Shown piece by piece: positions 12,545-24,825 of a stretch of DNA of 64,000 nucleotides. The notes under the pieces were generated by a model. That model did not search any database. It was not told where the DNA came from and was given only the letters and a program-made list of their open reading frames with translations. Both the position numbers and the translations under genes were made by a program. The stretch is from Mobula hypostoma. Taxonomy: Eukaryota. The first letter of the stretch is position 1. The number at the start of each line of letters is the position of its first letter. The DNA lies in NCBI RefSeq assembly GCF_963921235.1, contig NC_086108.1, positions 43,278,001-43,342,000 on the forward strand. The letters are read 5' to 3'.

Positions 12545-14370
12545 CAAAATTCAAACTTCAAAGTAAATTTATTTTCAAAATACATATATGTCACCATATA
12601 CAACCCTGAGATTCATTTTCTTGTGGGCATTCTCAATAAATCCACTATTGAATAATAACCATAATGGAATCAGTGAAAGACTGGGCTTTCAGCCAATGTA
12701 TAACAAACTGCAAATACAGGAAGAAAGAAATAGTAATAAATAAATAAGCAATAAATATTGAGAACATAAGACGAAGAATCCTTGAAAGTGAGTCTATTGG
12801 TTGTGGGAACATTTCAATGAAGGGGTAAGTGAAGCTGAGTGAATTTATCCCCTTTGGTTCAAGAGCCTGATGGTTGAAGAGTAACAACTATTCCTGAACC
12901 TGTGGTGAGAGTCCTGAGGCTCCTGTATCTTCTTCCTGATGGCAGCAGCAAAAATAGAGCATGTCCTGGGTGGTGAGGATCCCTGATGATGGATGCTGCT
13001 TTCCTGTGACAACACTTTGTGTAAATGTGGTCAATGGCGGAGAGGGCTTTACCTGTGACAGACTGGGCCATATCCACTACACTTTGTATGATATTCCTCT
13101 CAAGGGCATTGGCGTATGCATACCCAGCAATGATGCAGCCAGTCAATATACTCTCTACTACACATCTATAGAAGTTTGTCAAAGTTTTAGATGTCATGGC
13201 AAAACTTTGCAAACTCCCAAAGTAGTACAAGCGCTGTCATGCTTTCTTCATAATTGCACTTACTTGCTGGGCCAGGATAGGTCCTCTGAAATAGTAACAC
13301 CTTGGAATTAACAGTCGCTGAGCTTCCCCACCTCAAATCTCCGATAAGGAATGTCTCCAATTTCCTCCTCCTCAAAGCATAATCAACTCCTTGGTCTTGC
13401 TGATTTTGAGTAAGAGGTTGTTGCTGTGGCACCACTCAGACAGATTTCTAATCTTCCTCCTATATGCTGATTCATCACCATCTTTGATTCAGCCTACTAC
13501 AGTGGTGTCACCAGTAAACTTGAATATGGCATTGGAGATGAGCTTAGCCACACAGTCATAAAGGTAAACTGAGTAGAGCAGGGAACTAAGCACTCAGCCT
13601 TGTGGTGCACCTATGCTGACGGAGATTGTAGAGCAGATGTTGTTACCAATCCAAACTGTCTGGGGTCTGCAAGTGAAGAAATCAAGGATCTATTTGAACA
13701 AGGATGTATTGAGGCTAGAGTCTTAAAACTTCTTGGTTAGTTTTGAAGGGATGATATTGAATGCTGAGCTGCAGCTAATAAAAAGCATCCTGATGTTTTT
13801 ACTGTCTTTGGTGTCCAGATGTTCCGGGGTTGAGTGAAGAGCCAATCAAGTGGCATCAGCTGTGGACCTGTTGCTCCGATAGGTAAACTGAGCGGATCCA
13901 AGTTACTTCTCAGGTAGAAGTTGATAGGTTGCATCACCATTCTCTCAAAACGCTTCATCACTATGGATGTAAGTGCTAATGGATGATAGTCATTGAAGCA
14001 GGTCTATCATTCTTCATAGGCACCAATATAATTGAAGCTTGCTTGAAGCAGGTGGGTAATTCAGACTACCAAAACGAGAGGTTAAAGATTTCAGTCAACA
14101 CTCCAGCCAACTGATCAGCAAGGTGTTTAGTACTAGACCTGGTACCCTGTCTGGAATGGATGCTTTTCACGGGTTCACCCTCCTGAAAGCCTCAGAGTGT
14201 GAAATCATAGGATCATTGAGGGCTGTGGAAGTTTGTGATGGTCCCTCCATGTTTTGATGGCCAAAGTGAACATAGAAGACATTGAACTCACCTGGAAACA
14301 AAGCTCTGTTGTCATCTGTGTCGTTTGTTTTCACTTTATAAGAGATGATAGTATTCACACCCTGCCACAT
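12545..14370 (-). mobile_element. Rex/Babar-like LINE, decayed RT plus 3' UTR
   Basis: - strand ORF pieces FYRCVVESILTGCI...IIRDPHHPGHALFLLLPSGRRYRSL and KRFERMVM; TTTGAA-type tail at ~12550-12565. Confidence 0.8.
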
Positions 14371-14667
14371 CTGCTCCACAATCTCCATCAGCATTGGTGC
14401 CACAGTTCCTGAAAAGATGACTATTTGCAGAGCTTTCATTTTAAGTACTAATTGAATAAAAATGAGAACAAGTGCCAAGCAGAGCAAACAGTTGAGGAAA
14501 CAAGGTGATGATGTACTTTCAAATTATTCAGATGTAGAACAGAAGATAAAAGACAATTTAAAATATTTTTACTTTTTATAATTATTGAAAAATCAAGGCT
14601 CAGTATTCAAAACCTGTGTTCAAATACGATATACAGGGATGAATGATGATTCAACAGTCCCTGTGGT

Positions 14668-15073
14668 GGGGAGGAGGGGGAGGAGGAGGAGGAGGGGGGA
14701 GAGGAGGAGGAGGAGGGGGGAGAGGAGGAGGAGGAGGGGGGAGAGGAGGAGGAGGAGGGGGGGAGAGGAGGAGGAGGAGGGGGGAGAGGAGGAGGAGGAG
14801 GGGGGAGAGGAGGAGGAGGAGGGGGGAGAGGAGGAGGAGGAGGGGGGGAGAGGAGGAGGGGGGGAGAGGGGGGGGGGGAGGAGGGGGGGAGGAGAGGGGG
14901 AGGAGAGGGGGAGGAGAGGGGGAGGAGAGGGGGAGGAGAGGGGGAGGAGAGGGGGAGGAGAGGGGGAGGAGAGGGGGAGGAGAGGGGGAGGAGAGGGGGA
15001 GGAGAGGGGGAGGGAGGGGGAGGGAGGGGGAGGGAGGGGGAGGGAGGGGGAGGGAGGGGGAGGGGGGAGGAGA
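14668..15073. repeat. 406-nt pure purine (G/A) compound tandem repeat
   Basis: No pyrimidine on the + strand; units progress from 21-mer GAGGAGGAGGAGGAGGGGGGA to 11-mer GGGGGAGGAGA to 10-mer GGGGGAGGGA. Confidence 0.97.
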
Positions 15074-15274
15074 CCTCAATTCCAATTGGAGTCATCGGGA
15101 TGCCATCATGACGGCTTTTTTTTTTAAAGCAGGTTTTCTTATTTTTACGAGGCCAAGTTGCTAGCTCGGTGCTCAACCCATCACGGATGGAAGGCGTGCA
15201 AGGGAGCTGGCTGGATTCAAACTCGGGAGCCTTCACTCCGAAGTCCGGCGCTGATGCCACTACGCCACCAGCCA
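15074..15274 (-). mobile_element. tRNA-derived SINE
   Basis: Pol III A box TGGCGTAGTGG (15267-15257) and B box GTTTGAATCC (15222-15213) with tRNA-like spacing; no CCA-ending cloverleaf; body runs into the simple repeat. Confidence 0.75.
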
Positions 15275-15309
15275 GTGTAAGTATTGTGTACAATTAGTAA
15301 AATTACAAA

Positions 15310-15505
15310 CAACAAGCTGTTGCTGGAGGAACTTGCTGGATCAGGCAGCATCTGAGGAAGAAAACTGAAAGTAGATATAGTTGGATTAAGACCATTGACC
15401 AAAATGTCAACACCTCATTTCTCTCACAGATGCTGTCCAATCTATTTAGTTCCACCACAGTTTGTTTTTGTTCCAGACACCAGTATCTTCAGTCTCTTGA
15501 GTCTC
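15310..15505. mobile_element. Old Penelope pLTR fold-back element
   Basis: TGCTGGAGGAACTTGCTGGATCAGGCAGCATCTG...CAGATGCTGTCC...TAGTTCCACCACAG degenerate inverted arms of the same family. Confidence 0.65.
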
Positions 15506-17259
15506 ATTTAAAATTACAAGATGAATTCAAGGCCAGCATTTCTGAAATTAGTGCAGCAAGGATCAGTAAACAACAGAGGTTGTGACATTTTAAGCAGTAT
15601 TGTAGCCAAAAATCCAATTGTACAGTTAAAAAGCGATTCTAGGCAACTCTTAGCTTTGATTGATAATTTAGATGTACTTGTGGGAGGTTCAGGGAATCAC
15701 AGCAGAAAAGTACAGAATTTCAAAGATCCATTTACTTCCAAAATCTTGTTATTTGCATTCATAATATCACCTTTGGAAATTCAGAGTAAGATCTTTTTTC
15801 AAACAACACAAGGATAAGGGTAGCAACACACAGAATGCTGGAGGAAACCTCAACCGTACTTTTTTCCACAGATGCTGCTTGGCCTGGTGAGTTTCTCCAA
15901 CATTTTGTTTGTGTATCTTGCTTAGATTTTCAGCATCTTCAGATTTCCTCTTGATAAGGATAAAGGGAATTTCATCAAATTTAAGATATTCCTTTGTTAC
16001 ATTTTATGAGGTTAAAAGGCTGATTGAAATTAGAGATATGAAGCCTTAGATATCAACTTCCAGTACCTTTGAGAGCCAATATCTTATTAATACTCAAAGA
16101 ACTGTGATGGTTTGATACTCTTGGTTGTGTAATTTGAAGCTGTCAATCTACCCAAGAGTTACCAACATCTGTGGAATGCTCTGCCTCAGAAGGCAGTGGA
16201 GACCAATTCTCTGGATGCTTTCAAGAAACAGTTAGATAGAGCTCTTAATGATAGCAGAGTCAAGGGATATGGGAAGAAGGCAGGAACGGGGTACTGATTG
16301 TGGATGATCAGCCATGATCACAGTGAATGGTGGTACTGGCTTGAAGGGCCGAATGGCCTACTCCTGTACCTATTGTCTATTGTCTTAACCTCATATCACC
16401 ACCATATATGTACAGATAATATGAAGTGTGGAAATGTACATTACTTCTCCTGCTCCAGTAAAGAACATAACACATCAGGAAGTTAATTGTGGTTTTACTA
16501 CTTTTAAATTATCTGAATTAAATGCTTTGATGATTTACCTGCATCATTATTTGCACAACATAGAATGGAAAGATATTTAAAGGCTGAATCATGACCCCAA
16601 ATCATTTGACCTTCAATGTTATTCAATAGCCCCTGTTCCATTTTGTAATTATACATACCATAGTGCAAACAGTGAAACATGGTTAGTTAATGGAAGAGTA
16701 AGGGCAAATGTTACATTTTTTTATTTGCAACTGGTTGAATATTACATACTTTCCTTGAAATTTAATCTAATCAATGTTGAGTATTAGTTATAAAGGAAAA
16801 ACTCCACATTCAATCACTAATCATCTCCATTGGCTTGAATGTCAAGATCAAAGTTCTGCAGCTTGAAGATTTTTCTGTATATTTTGTTTTGATCATTTAA
16901 CCAGTCCTTACAATTATTACAATTCCATTCCCTCGAAAACACTGTCATCCCCATATTTTATTTGTTCTTCACTTTATAAAAATCATAATATATCAGTACA
17001 TGGGGGTTGGAGGAATATAGTAATTTTGCATCTGCACTATATAAAACACTGCAATTGTCCAAATGCTGAACATGCAATACTTACCAAGAAAATCTTAAAA
17101 ACTGTATGGATTAACTTAAGTTAACTGAAAGGAATGTAGTTAGTAAGGCAAAGTTGAGACCATCATTTGCACAGTATGATGGGTTACAATAGAATTAAAT
17201 TACTAACAACTTTACAAAATGTCAACTACTACTGATTTGATAAAATGAGTTCTTTCCAG

Positions 17260-19190
17260 TTGGAGACATTGGCTGATTCAGTTATGCTGTATGACACTTA
17301 TGGCAGAATGCTGTTTCTGGATTTCAGTTCGGCATTCAACACCATTGTCCAAAGACCTTTGTGAAGAAATTTCTAATATTTAGTCTAGATACAGAACAGC
17401 GCAACTGGGTGTTGAACTTTCCAACTGACCGATCTCAGATAGCCAGGATGTACTACTGCTCCTTTCTCCCCATCATCCTCTACACAGCTGACCCCCCCCC
17501 CCCCAGGACTGTGTGCTGAGCCCATTGCCGTACACTCTGCTCACACGGCTGCACGGCCAAACATCTGAGCAATCACATCGTAAGGTTAGCCGATGACACA
17601 ACAGTGGTGGTGTTCATCACCACAACAAAGAGGTGACTTACAGACAGCGGGTGGAAGAGCTCAAGGCCTGGTGCCATTTAGCGGTATAGATGTGTACAGC
17701 TGACAATAAACTGAACTTGAACTTTTCATCAATGTCAACAAGACATAGGAAATGGTTATTGATTTCAGAAGAACTCGCACCACTCATCATCTCATGTTCT
17801 CAGTATTTATTGCTTTATTTTCTTTTTTCTCTTTCTTTTTGTATTTTGCACATTGGTAGCTGTCCGTCCTTTTGTGTGTAGTCTTTCGTTGGTTCTACTG
17901 TGTTTCTTGTATTTAAAGTGATTGCCGACAAGAAAATGAATCTCAAGGCTGTATATGCTGACATACAAGTACGTACTTTGATAATAAATGTACTTTGACC
18001 ATTGAGCACATCTACATGGGGTGCTGTTGCAGGACATCATCACGGACCTCATATTTCAGGTCATGCTCTCTCCTCACTGCTGCCATCAGAAGGATGGTAC
18101 AGGAGCCTCAAGACCCACACCACCAGATTCAGGAACAGTTATTACCCCTCAACAATCAGCCTCTTGAATCAGAGAAGATAACTTCACTCTCCCCATCACT
18201 GAACTGTCCTCACAACCTATGGGCCACTTTCAAGGACTCTTCATCTCATGCTTTCAATAGTTATTACTCATTTATTATTATTTATTATTTCTTTTTGTAT
18301 TTGTACACTTTGTTGTCTTTTGAACATTAGTGTTTTTTCCATCTTGTTGGTTGCAGTCTTTCATTGACTCTATTGTGTTTATTTGTATTTACTGTGAATG
18401 GATGCAAGGAAATGCACATGTACGTACTTGAATAACAAATTTACTTTAAACTTTTACATTGGCAGCACAACAGTGGAAACTGCAAGCAGTTTCAAACTCC
18501 TGGGAGTGCACATCTCACTCAACCTTTCCTGGTCCCAGAACACACCCTATATAATCAGGAAAGCTCACCAATACCTCCGTTTTCTGAGGAGGCTGAAGAG
18601 AGCTGGACTATGCACATCAATACTCACATCCTTCTAGTGATGCACAGTGGGAAGCATCCTAATAAGATGCATCACTGCACAGTAAAGAAAATGCACTGCA
18701 GCAGACAGGAAGGCTCTACAATGGGTAGTCAAAACTGCCCAATGCATCACCGGCACCAGCCTACCCACCGTCAAGGACAATTTTGCAGAAAGGTGCAAGC
18801 AACATCAGGAAGAATCCTACCCACCCTGCTCATGTACTGTTTGTCCCACACACACCAAGGAGGAGGCTTCAAAACATCCACGCCTGGACCACCAGACTCA
18901 AAAACAGTTACCTTCCCCAAGCAGTAAGGCTGATCAACACCTCCACGCACTAACCCACCCTCTACACCACCAACCATCACTACTTTATCATTTCCTATCC
19001 ATCACCTAATGTACAGTCACTCCTGTGCCTAGCACCACTTCCTGGACATACAATTAACGTTGATAAGCTATCTTATATTTTTGTGATTATTGTGTTCTTT
19101 ATCTTATTTGTGCTGCATCGATCCAAAGTAACAATTATTTTCATTCTCCTTTGCACTTGTGTATTGGAAATGGCAGTTTTAATCTCGAAT
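17260..19190 (+). mobile_element. Rex/Babar-like LINE fragments (nested)
   Basis: RT remnants (SSAFNTI, GCVLSPL, ADDT) and FKLLGVHIS.NLSWSQN...FLRRLKRAGL (18398-18637), with two 3' UTR copies interleaved. Confidence 0.7.
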
Positions 19191-19499
19191 CCTATCTCAT
19201 TCTTACTTTTGTAAACGGAGCCAACTACTGTGCAGTGACAGTGCCAGTTTCAGACCCGCCATACCACCACCGAGGCCGCCGCAAACACCGGAGAAAGTCG
19301 CACAAAACGGAACCAGGTAAAACGTGGAGTTTGCCTACTGAGACAACTGGTACAACTTATTCCTACTTAGTACAACAACCGCCTGAGGGCAAGCTCGATC
19401 CGATGACAAGCGTGGCATCGACTAACGGGCCTCCCGCCTCCACTCAACATGACTTTCACACTTGATGAACACTACCTTCTCACCAGCCACGCAAAATAC

Positions 19500-19580
19500 C
19501 TGTCGGAGCGGCGTCCGTCTGCTGGAAAGCTTCAATCCCTCTCCCCGCAGTACAGCCAAAACGGCCCGCACGGTCGCCAT
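19500..19580 (-). CDS. DBT: DBT exon 1 (coding part)
   Basis: AAAATGGCG start context; MATVRAVLAVLRGEGLKLSSRRTPLRQ|gtattt; 81 nt, phase 0 matching exon 2; Arg-rich, acid-poor mitochondrial presequence resembling MAAVR...; lies in a CpG-rich island. Confidence 0.85.
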
Positions 19581-19830
19581 TTTACCTGGAACTGACGTCA
19601 TCACGCAACCCTGGAGGGCTCCGGCGCCGCTCGTTTGGGGGCAATCGGAGGGGCTCTACGCTTTCGCGGGGGGGTGGATTGTTTTTCTGTTGTCGGGCCC
19701 TTTCTGCAGGGTCTCGTCCTGACGTGGACTGAAAACTCTCAACACCTTCCACTTTGAGCGGTCACGCGTTAGGTATTTCTCAGGGTCAGGGAGAATATTC
19801 CAAAATTTTCCGAGAGGATTTCACCGCGAT
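19575..19830 (-). promoter_or_regulatory. DBT CpG-island promoter with full CRE and YY1-like site
   Basis: CpG-dense from ~19260 to 19830; palindromic TGACGTCA at 19593-19600; CGCCATTTT (YY1 consensus) at 19575-19583 overlapping the ATG. Confidence 0.65.
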
Positions 19831-19914
19831 AGTTGAAACCTTCCCTCTGTGCCGCTGGTAATCTCTTTCTGTGACAAAGCTCAGGCCAGAATGTCTCTTT
19901 CAAGAGCCAAAGGG

Positions 19915-20105
19915 GACTGCAGGCGCTGGAATCAGGAATATCACAAAAAGTGCTGGAGGAACTCAGCAGGTCAGGCAGCGTTTGTGGAGGGAGATGGACA
20001 GTCGACGTTTCAGGTCGTAACACAACCTGGACTACAGTCGACTGTCTACTACCCATAACAGATGTAGTCTGTCCCGCTGAGTTCCTCCACAGCTTTTTGT
20101 GTTGC
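19915..20105. mobile_element. Older Penelope pLTR fold-back element
   Basis: TGCTGGAGGAACTCAGCAGGTCAGGCAGC...GCTGAGTTCCTCCACAGC inverted arms; apex near the GAAACGTCGAC motif. Confidence 0.75.
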
Positions 20106-20169
20106 TTCTATGTCATGGCATGGAGAACATGTTGGCCTGTACGATGAAGTCAACTGAGTGTGATAGAAC

Positions 20170-20386
20170 ACAAACACGAGGAAATCTGCAGATGTTGGAA
20201 TTTCAAGCAACACATATAAAAGTTGCTGGTGAATGCAGCAGGCCAGGCAGCATCTCTAGGAAGAGGTACAGTCAAAGTTCTGGGCCGAGTAGTACAGACG
20301 AAGTGTCTCGGCCCGAAACTTCGACTGTACCTCTTCCTAGAGATGCTGCTTGGCCTGCTGTGTTCACCAGCAACTTTGATGGGTGT
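20170..20386. mobile_element. Penelope pLTR-derived fold-back mini-element
   Basis: Inverted arms with apex ~20288-20297; 15-bp TSD TGAGTGTGATAGAAC at 20155-20169 and 20387-20401. Confidence 0.88.
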
Positions 20387-21448
20387 TGAGTGTGATAGAA
20401 CCTGGATCTGAGGCTGTTTGCATGGGAGAGAATGTTGATTCTGGTTCCCTAAATCTTGCAGTCCATTTGAAAGATAAAGTGGAGACAAGCTGTAGGAATA
20501 TTGTATGCAGTTCTGGTCATCCAGCCATAGAAAGGAAAGAGTACAAAAAAGATTTATGGGGATATTACCAGAACTGAAGTGCTTGATGAAAAGGAGAGGG
20601 TGGAATGTTTCTCCTTGGAAGATAGGAGGTTGAGGGGTTACCTTACAGAAGTATATACAATCATAAAGGGAGTCATAGTCTTTTTTCCCAGGGTAGAGTT
20701 TAAAACGAGAGGATGTATGCTTAAGCTGAGAGTGGAAAGATTTAAAGGGAAACTTTTTCACACGGGGTGATGATTATATGGAACGAGCTGCCAGAGGAAG
20801 CTGTAGAGGCGGGTACATCCAAGACATAGGGCTTAACATCCAAGAATACATATTGTGTCGAAAGGACAGGCAGGTAGACGGAGGTGGTGGGGTGGCTCTG
20901 TTGGTAAAAAAAATTAAATCAAACCTTTAGAAGGAGGTGATATAGAATCAGAAAATCATTGTGGGTAGAGTTAAGAAAGTGCAAGGGTAAAAAAGACCTT
21001 GATGGGTGTATTACACAAGCCTATGAACAGTAGCCAGGATGTGGGGTACAAATTACAATGAGAGATAAAAGAGGCGTGTAAGAAGGTCAATTTTATGATA
21101 ATCCTGGGGAATTTAAATATGCGGGTAGACTGGGAAAATTGGTTTGGTGCTGGATCCCAAGAGAAGGAATTTGGAGAATACCTCCGAGTTGGATTTTTCG
21201 AGTAGTTGATGTTGAGCCGCTAGGGAAAAAACAATTCTGGATTAGGTGTTGTGTAATGAAACTGATTTGATTAGGGAACATAAGATAAAGGAACTCTTAG
21301 GAAGCAGTGATCAAAATTTGATAGAATTCACCCTGAAGTTTGATGGGGAGAAGCTAACTTAAGATATGTCAGTATTATAGAGGAGTACACTTGAAGATGG
21401 CACCAGCAACCAAACACGCCGTCCTGCAGACTGTTCATGGAATTACTT

Positions 21449-21862
21449 TTTATATTTTTTTATATATTTGTTTTATATATTTTTTCTCTCTTTTCTCCCT
21501 CTGTCTCTCTCACTATAACTCCTTGCCCATCCTCTGGGTCCCCATCCCCCCACCTTTCTTTCTCCCTAGGCCTCCCATCCCATGTCTTCTCCGTTCTCCA
21601 GTCTCGTATCCCTTTTGCCAATCAACTGTCTAGCTCTTAGCTCCACCCCTCCTCCTCCTGTCTTCTCCTATCATTTCGGATCTCCCCCTCCCCCTTTCAA
21701 ATCTCTTACTATCGCTTCTTTCAGTTAGTCCTGATGAAGAGTCTCGGCCCGAAACGTCGACTGTACCTCTTCCTATAGATGCTGCCTGGCCTGCTGCGTT
21801 CCATCAGCATTTTGTGTGTGTTGCTTGAATTTCCGGCATCTACAGATTTCCTCGTGTTTGCG
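21449..21862 (+). mobile_element. Penelope 3' UTR/pLTR copy
   Basis: Homologous to 9335-9690 and includes the terminal extension; diverged 14-bp TSD TCATGGAATTACTT (21435-21448) and TCATGAAACTACTT (21863-21876). Confidence 0.85.
21727..21762 (+). ncRNA. Minimal type I hammerhead ribozyme motif
   Basis: AGUC-CUGAUGA-AGAGUCUCGGCCC-GAAAC-GUC^GACU; core intact, stem II weakened by a G>A change. Confidence 0.6.
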
Positions 21863-22686
21863 TCATGAAACTACTTCTCTTTTTAAATATGCTTCTGCTA
21901 CTAAACTGTGTGTGATTCGAGCCTGTAATCTATAATTTGATCATGTGCTTTTGGACTAGCTGAGCAATCTGGCACTTTTGCTGTCTCGAGGAATTTGGTG
22001 AGGTAGAGAACAGAGGGTGCGGCCTAATGGCAAAATGCAAACCCTTAATCAGCTCCATTGCTCACTGATCTTGCCAATTAAAGCGTCGAGCAAGGCTGAA
22101 ATCGATGAGGACGAAAGCAAAAGGCAAGCAGATGCTCAGCTTTGTCCGCCTGTGTTTGATGGGTGTCCCTCTCCCGCTCACTCACTGATGCTGGAGGAAG
22201 GTGCAGGAGTCTTGGGTTTTGGGCAAGGTTTAATCAGTGCAGCTTGTGACTGTTGACACATTTTAGAGGACTCTGTGGTTCATGTTACATATACAGTATT
22301 GTCAACGAACAACACAGCATTAAATTGAACGGAACAGAACATTCCTAGACCATTTCAAGGACACTGCAGTTTTATATTTAATATTCTGTGTATTATTCAC
22401 TCATTTTTTTTTACCATTTGCATGATTTGTTCTTTTTATCATACGTTGGGTGTTCAATGTTTTCTTTGAACAGGTGTTCTTTGTATCGTGGCTGCCTGCA
22501 GAAAAACAAATCTAAGGGTTATATACTGCATACATACTTAAAGGGAATCACATTGACATGAGAGAGAAGCTGGAATGGGACACTAGCAGGAATGATGGCA
22601 AAACAGCAATGGCAGGAGTTTTTGAGAGCAATTCAGAAGCTGCAGGATAGATATACCATAAAGAAGAAGTATTCTAACGGGAGGAT

Positions 22687-24615
22687 GAGGAGTATAAGAA
22701 GTGCAAGAAAATACTTAAGAAAGAAATCAGGAGGGCAAAAAGAAGACATGAGGTTGCCTTGGCAGTCAAAGTGAAGGATAATCCAAAGAGCTTTTACAAG
22801 TATATTAAGAGCAAAAGGATTGTAAGGGATAAAATTGGTCCTCTTGAAGATCAGAGTGGTCGGCTTTGTGCGGAACCAAAGGAAATGGGGGAGATCTTAA
22901 ATAGGTTTTTTGCGTCTATTTACTAAAGGAAGCTGGCATGAAATCTATGGAATTGAGGGAATCAAGTAGTGAGACCATGGAAACTGTACAGATTGAAAAG
23001 GAGGAGGTGCTTGCTGTCTTGAGGAAAATTAAAGTGGATAAATCCCCGGGACCTGACAGAGTGTTCCCTCGGACCTTGAAGGAGACTAGTGTTGAAATTG
23101 CGGGGGCCCTGACAGAAATATTTAAAATGTCGCTGCCTACAGGTGAAGTGCCGGAGGATTGGAGAGTGGCTCATGTTGTTCCGTTGTTTAAAAAAGGATC
23201 GAAAAGTAATCTGGGAAATCATAGGCCGGTGAGTTTAACGTCAGTAGTAGGTAAGTTATTGGAGGGAGTACTAAGAGACAGAATCTACAAGCATTTGGAT
23301 AGACAGGGGCTTATTAGGGAGAGTCAACATGGCTTTGTGCGTAGTAGGTCATGTTTGACCATTCTGTTGGAGTTTTTCGAGGAGGTTACCAGAAAAGTGG
23401 ATGAAGGGGAGGCAGTGGATATTGTCTACATGGACTTCAGTAAGGCCTTTGACAAGGTCCCTCATGGGAGGTTAGTTAGGAAAATTCAGTCGCTAGGTAT
23501 ACATGGAGAGGTGGTAAATTGGATTAGACATTGGCTCGATGGAAGAAGCCAGAGAGTGGTGGTAGAGAATTGCTTCTCTGAGTGGAGGCCTGTGACTAGT
23601 GGTGTGCCACAGGGATCAGTGCTGGGCCCATTGTTAATTGTCATCTATATCAATGATCTGGATGATAATGTGGTAAATTGGATCAGCAAGTTTGCTGATG
23701 ATACAAAGATTGGAGGTGTAGTAGACAGTGAGGAAGGTTTTCAGAGCCTGCAGAGGGACTTGGACCAGCTGGAAAAATGGGCTGAAAAATGGCAGATGAG
23801 GTTTAATACTGACAAGTGTGAGGTATTGCACGTTGGAAGGACAAACCAATGTAGAACATACAGGGTTAATGGTAAGGCACTGAGGAGTGCCGTGGAACAG
23901 AGGGATCTGGGAATACAGATACAAAATTCCCTAAAAGTGTCATCACAGGTAGATAGGGTCGTAAAGAGAGCTTTTGGTACATTGGCCTTTATTAATCAAA
24001 GTATTGAGTATAAGAGCTGGAATGTTATGATCAGGTTGTATAAGGCATTGGTGAGGCCGAATCTGGAGTATTGTGTTCAGTTTTGGTCACCAAATTACAG
24101 GAAGGATATAAATAAGGTTGAAAGAGTGCAGAGAAGGTTTACAAGGATGTTGCCGGGACTTGAGAAACTCAGTTACAGAGAAAGGTTGAATAGGTTAGGA
24201 CTTTATTCCCTGGAGCGTAGAAGAATGAGGGGAGATTTGATAGAGGTATATAAAATTATGATGGGTATAGATAGAGTGAATGCAAGCAGGCTTTTTCCCC
24301 TGAGGCAAGGGGAGAAAAAAACCAGAGGACATGGGTTAAGGGTGAGGGGGGAAAAGTTTAAAGGGAACATTAGTGGGGGCTTCTTCACACAGAGAGTGGT
24401 GGGAGTATGGAATGAGCTGCCAGACAAGGTGGTAAATGCGGGTTCTTTTTTAACATTTAAGAATAAATTGGACAGATACATGGATGGGAGGTGTATGGAG
24501 GGATATGGTCCGAGTGCAGGTCAGTGGGACTAGGCAGAAAATGGTTCGGCACAGCCAAGAAGGGCCAAAGGGCCTGTTTCTGTGCTGTAGTTTCTATGGT
24601 TTCAATGGTTTCTAA
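22687..24615 (+). mobile_element. Young 5'-truncated CR1 LINE with an uninterrupted 531-aa RT ORF (22938-24533)
   Basis: Motifs KSPGPD, RPVSLTS, QHGF, DFSKAFDKVPH, GVPQGSVLGP, KFADD, RPNLEYC, TRGH; tail (TTTCTATGG)n at ~24590-24615; no endonuclease domain. Confidence 0.93.
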
Positions 24616-24825
24616 ATGTGGCTGACTGAAGAAGTCAAGGACAGCATAAAAGCAAAAGAGAGGGCATATAATATTGCAAGATATTAGTGGGAAGTCAGTG
24701 GAATGGGAAGCTTTAAAAAGCCAACAGAAGGAACTGAAAAGCAATAAGGAGAGAAAATATGAAATATGAAGGTAAGGTAGTCAATAATAAAAAAGAGGAT
24801 ACCAGAAGTTTTTTTTTCAGATATA

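Noticed and set aside
15180..15274. tRNA gene
   Set aside because: A and B boxes are present, but there is no convincing acceptor stem or terminator and the sequence continues into a SINE body.
14585..15293. Long Gly/Glu/Arg-rich and Pro-rich ORFs
   Set aside because: Artefacts of a stop-free simple repeat.
16539..16632. Stop-free 94-nt AG..GT segment on the - strand (GLLNNIEGQMIWGHDSAFKYLSILCCANNDA) with the same phases as DBT exon 2
   Set aside because: The acceptor has no polypyrimidine tract, and 3498-3618 matches vertebrate DBT exon 2 much better. Likely chance unless RNA-seq shows junction reads.
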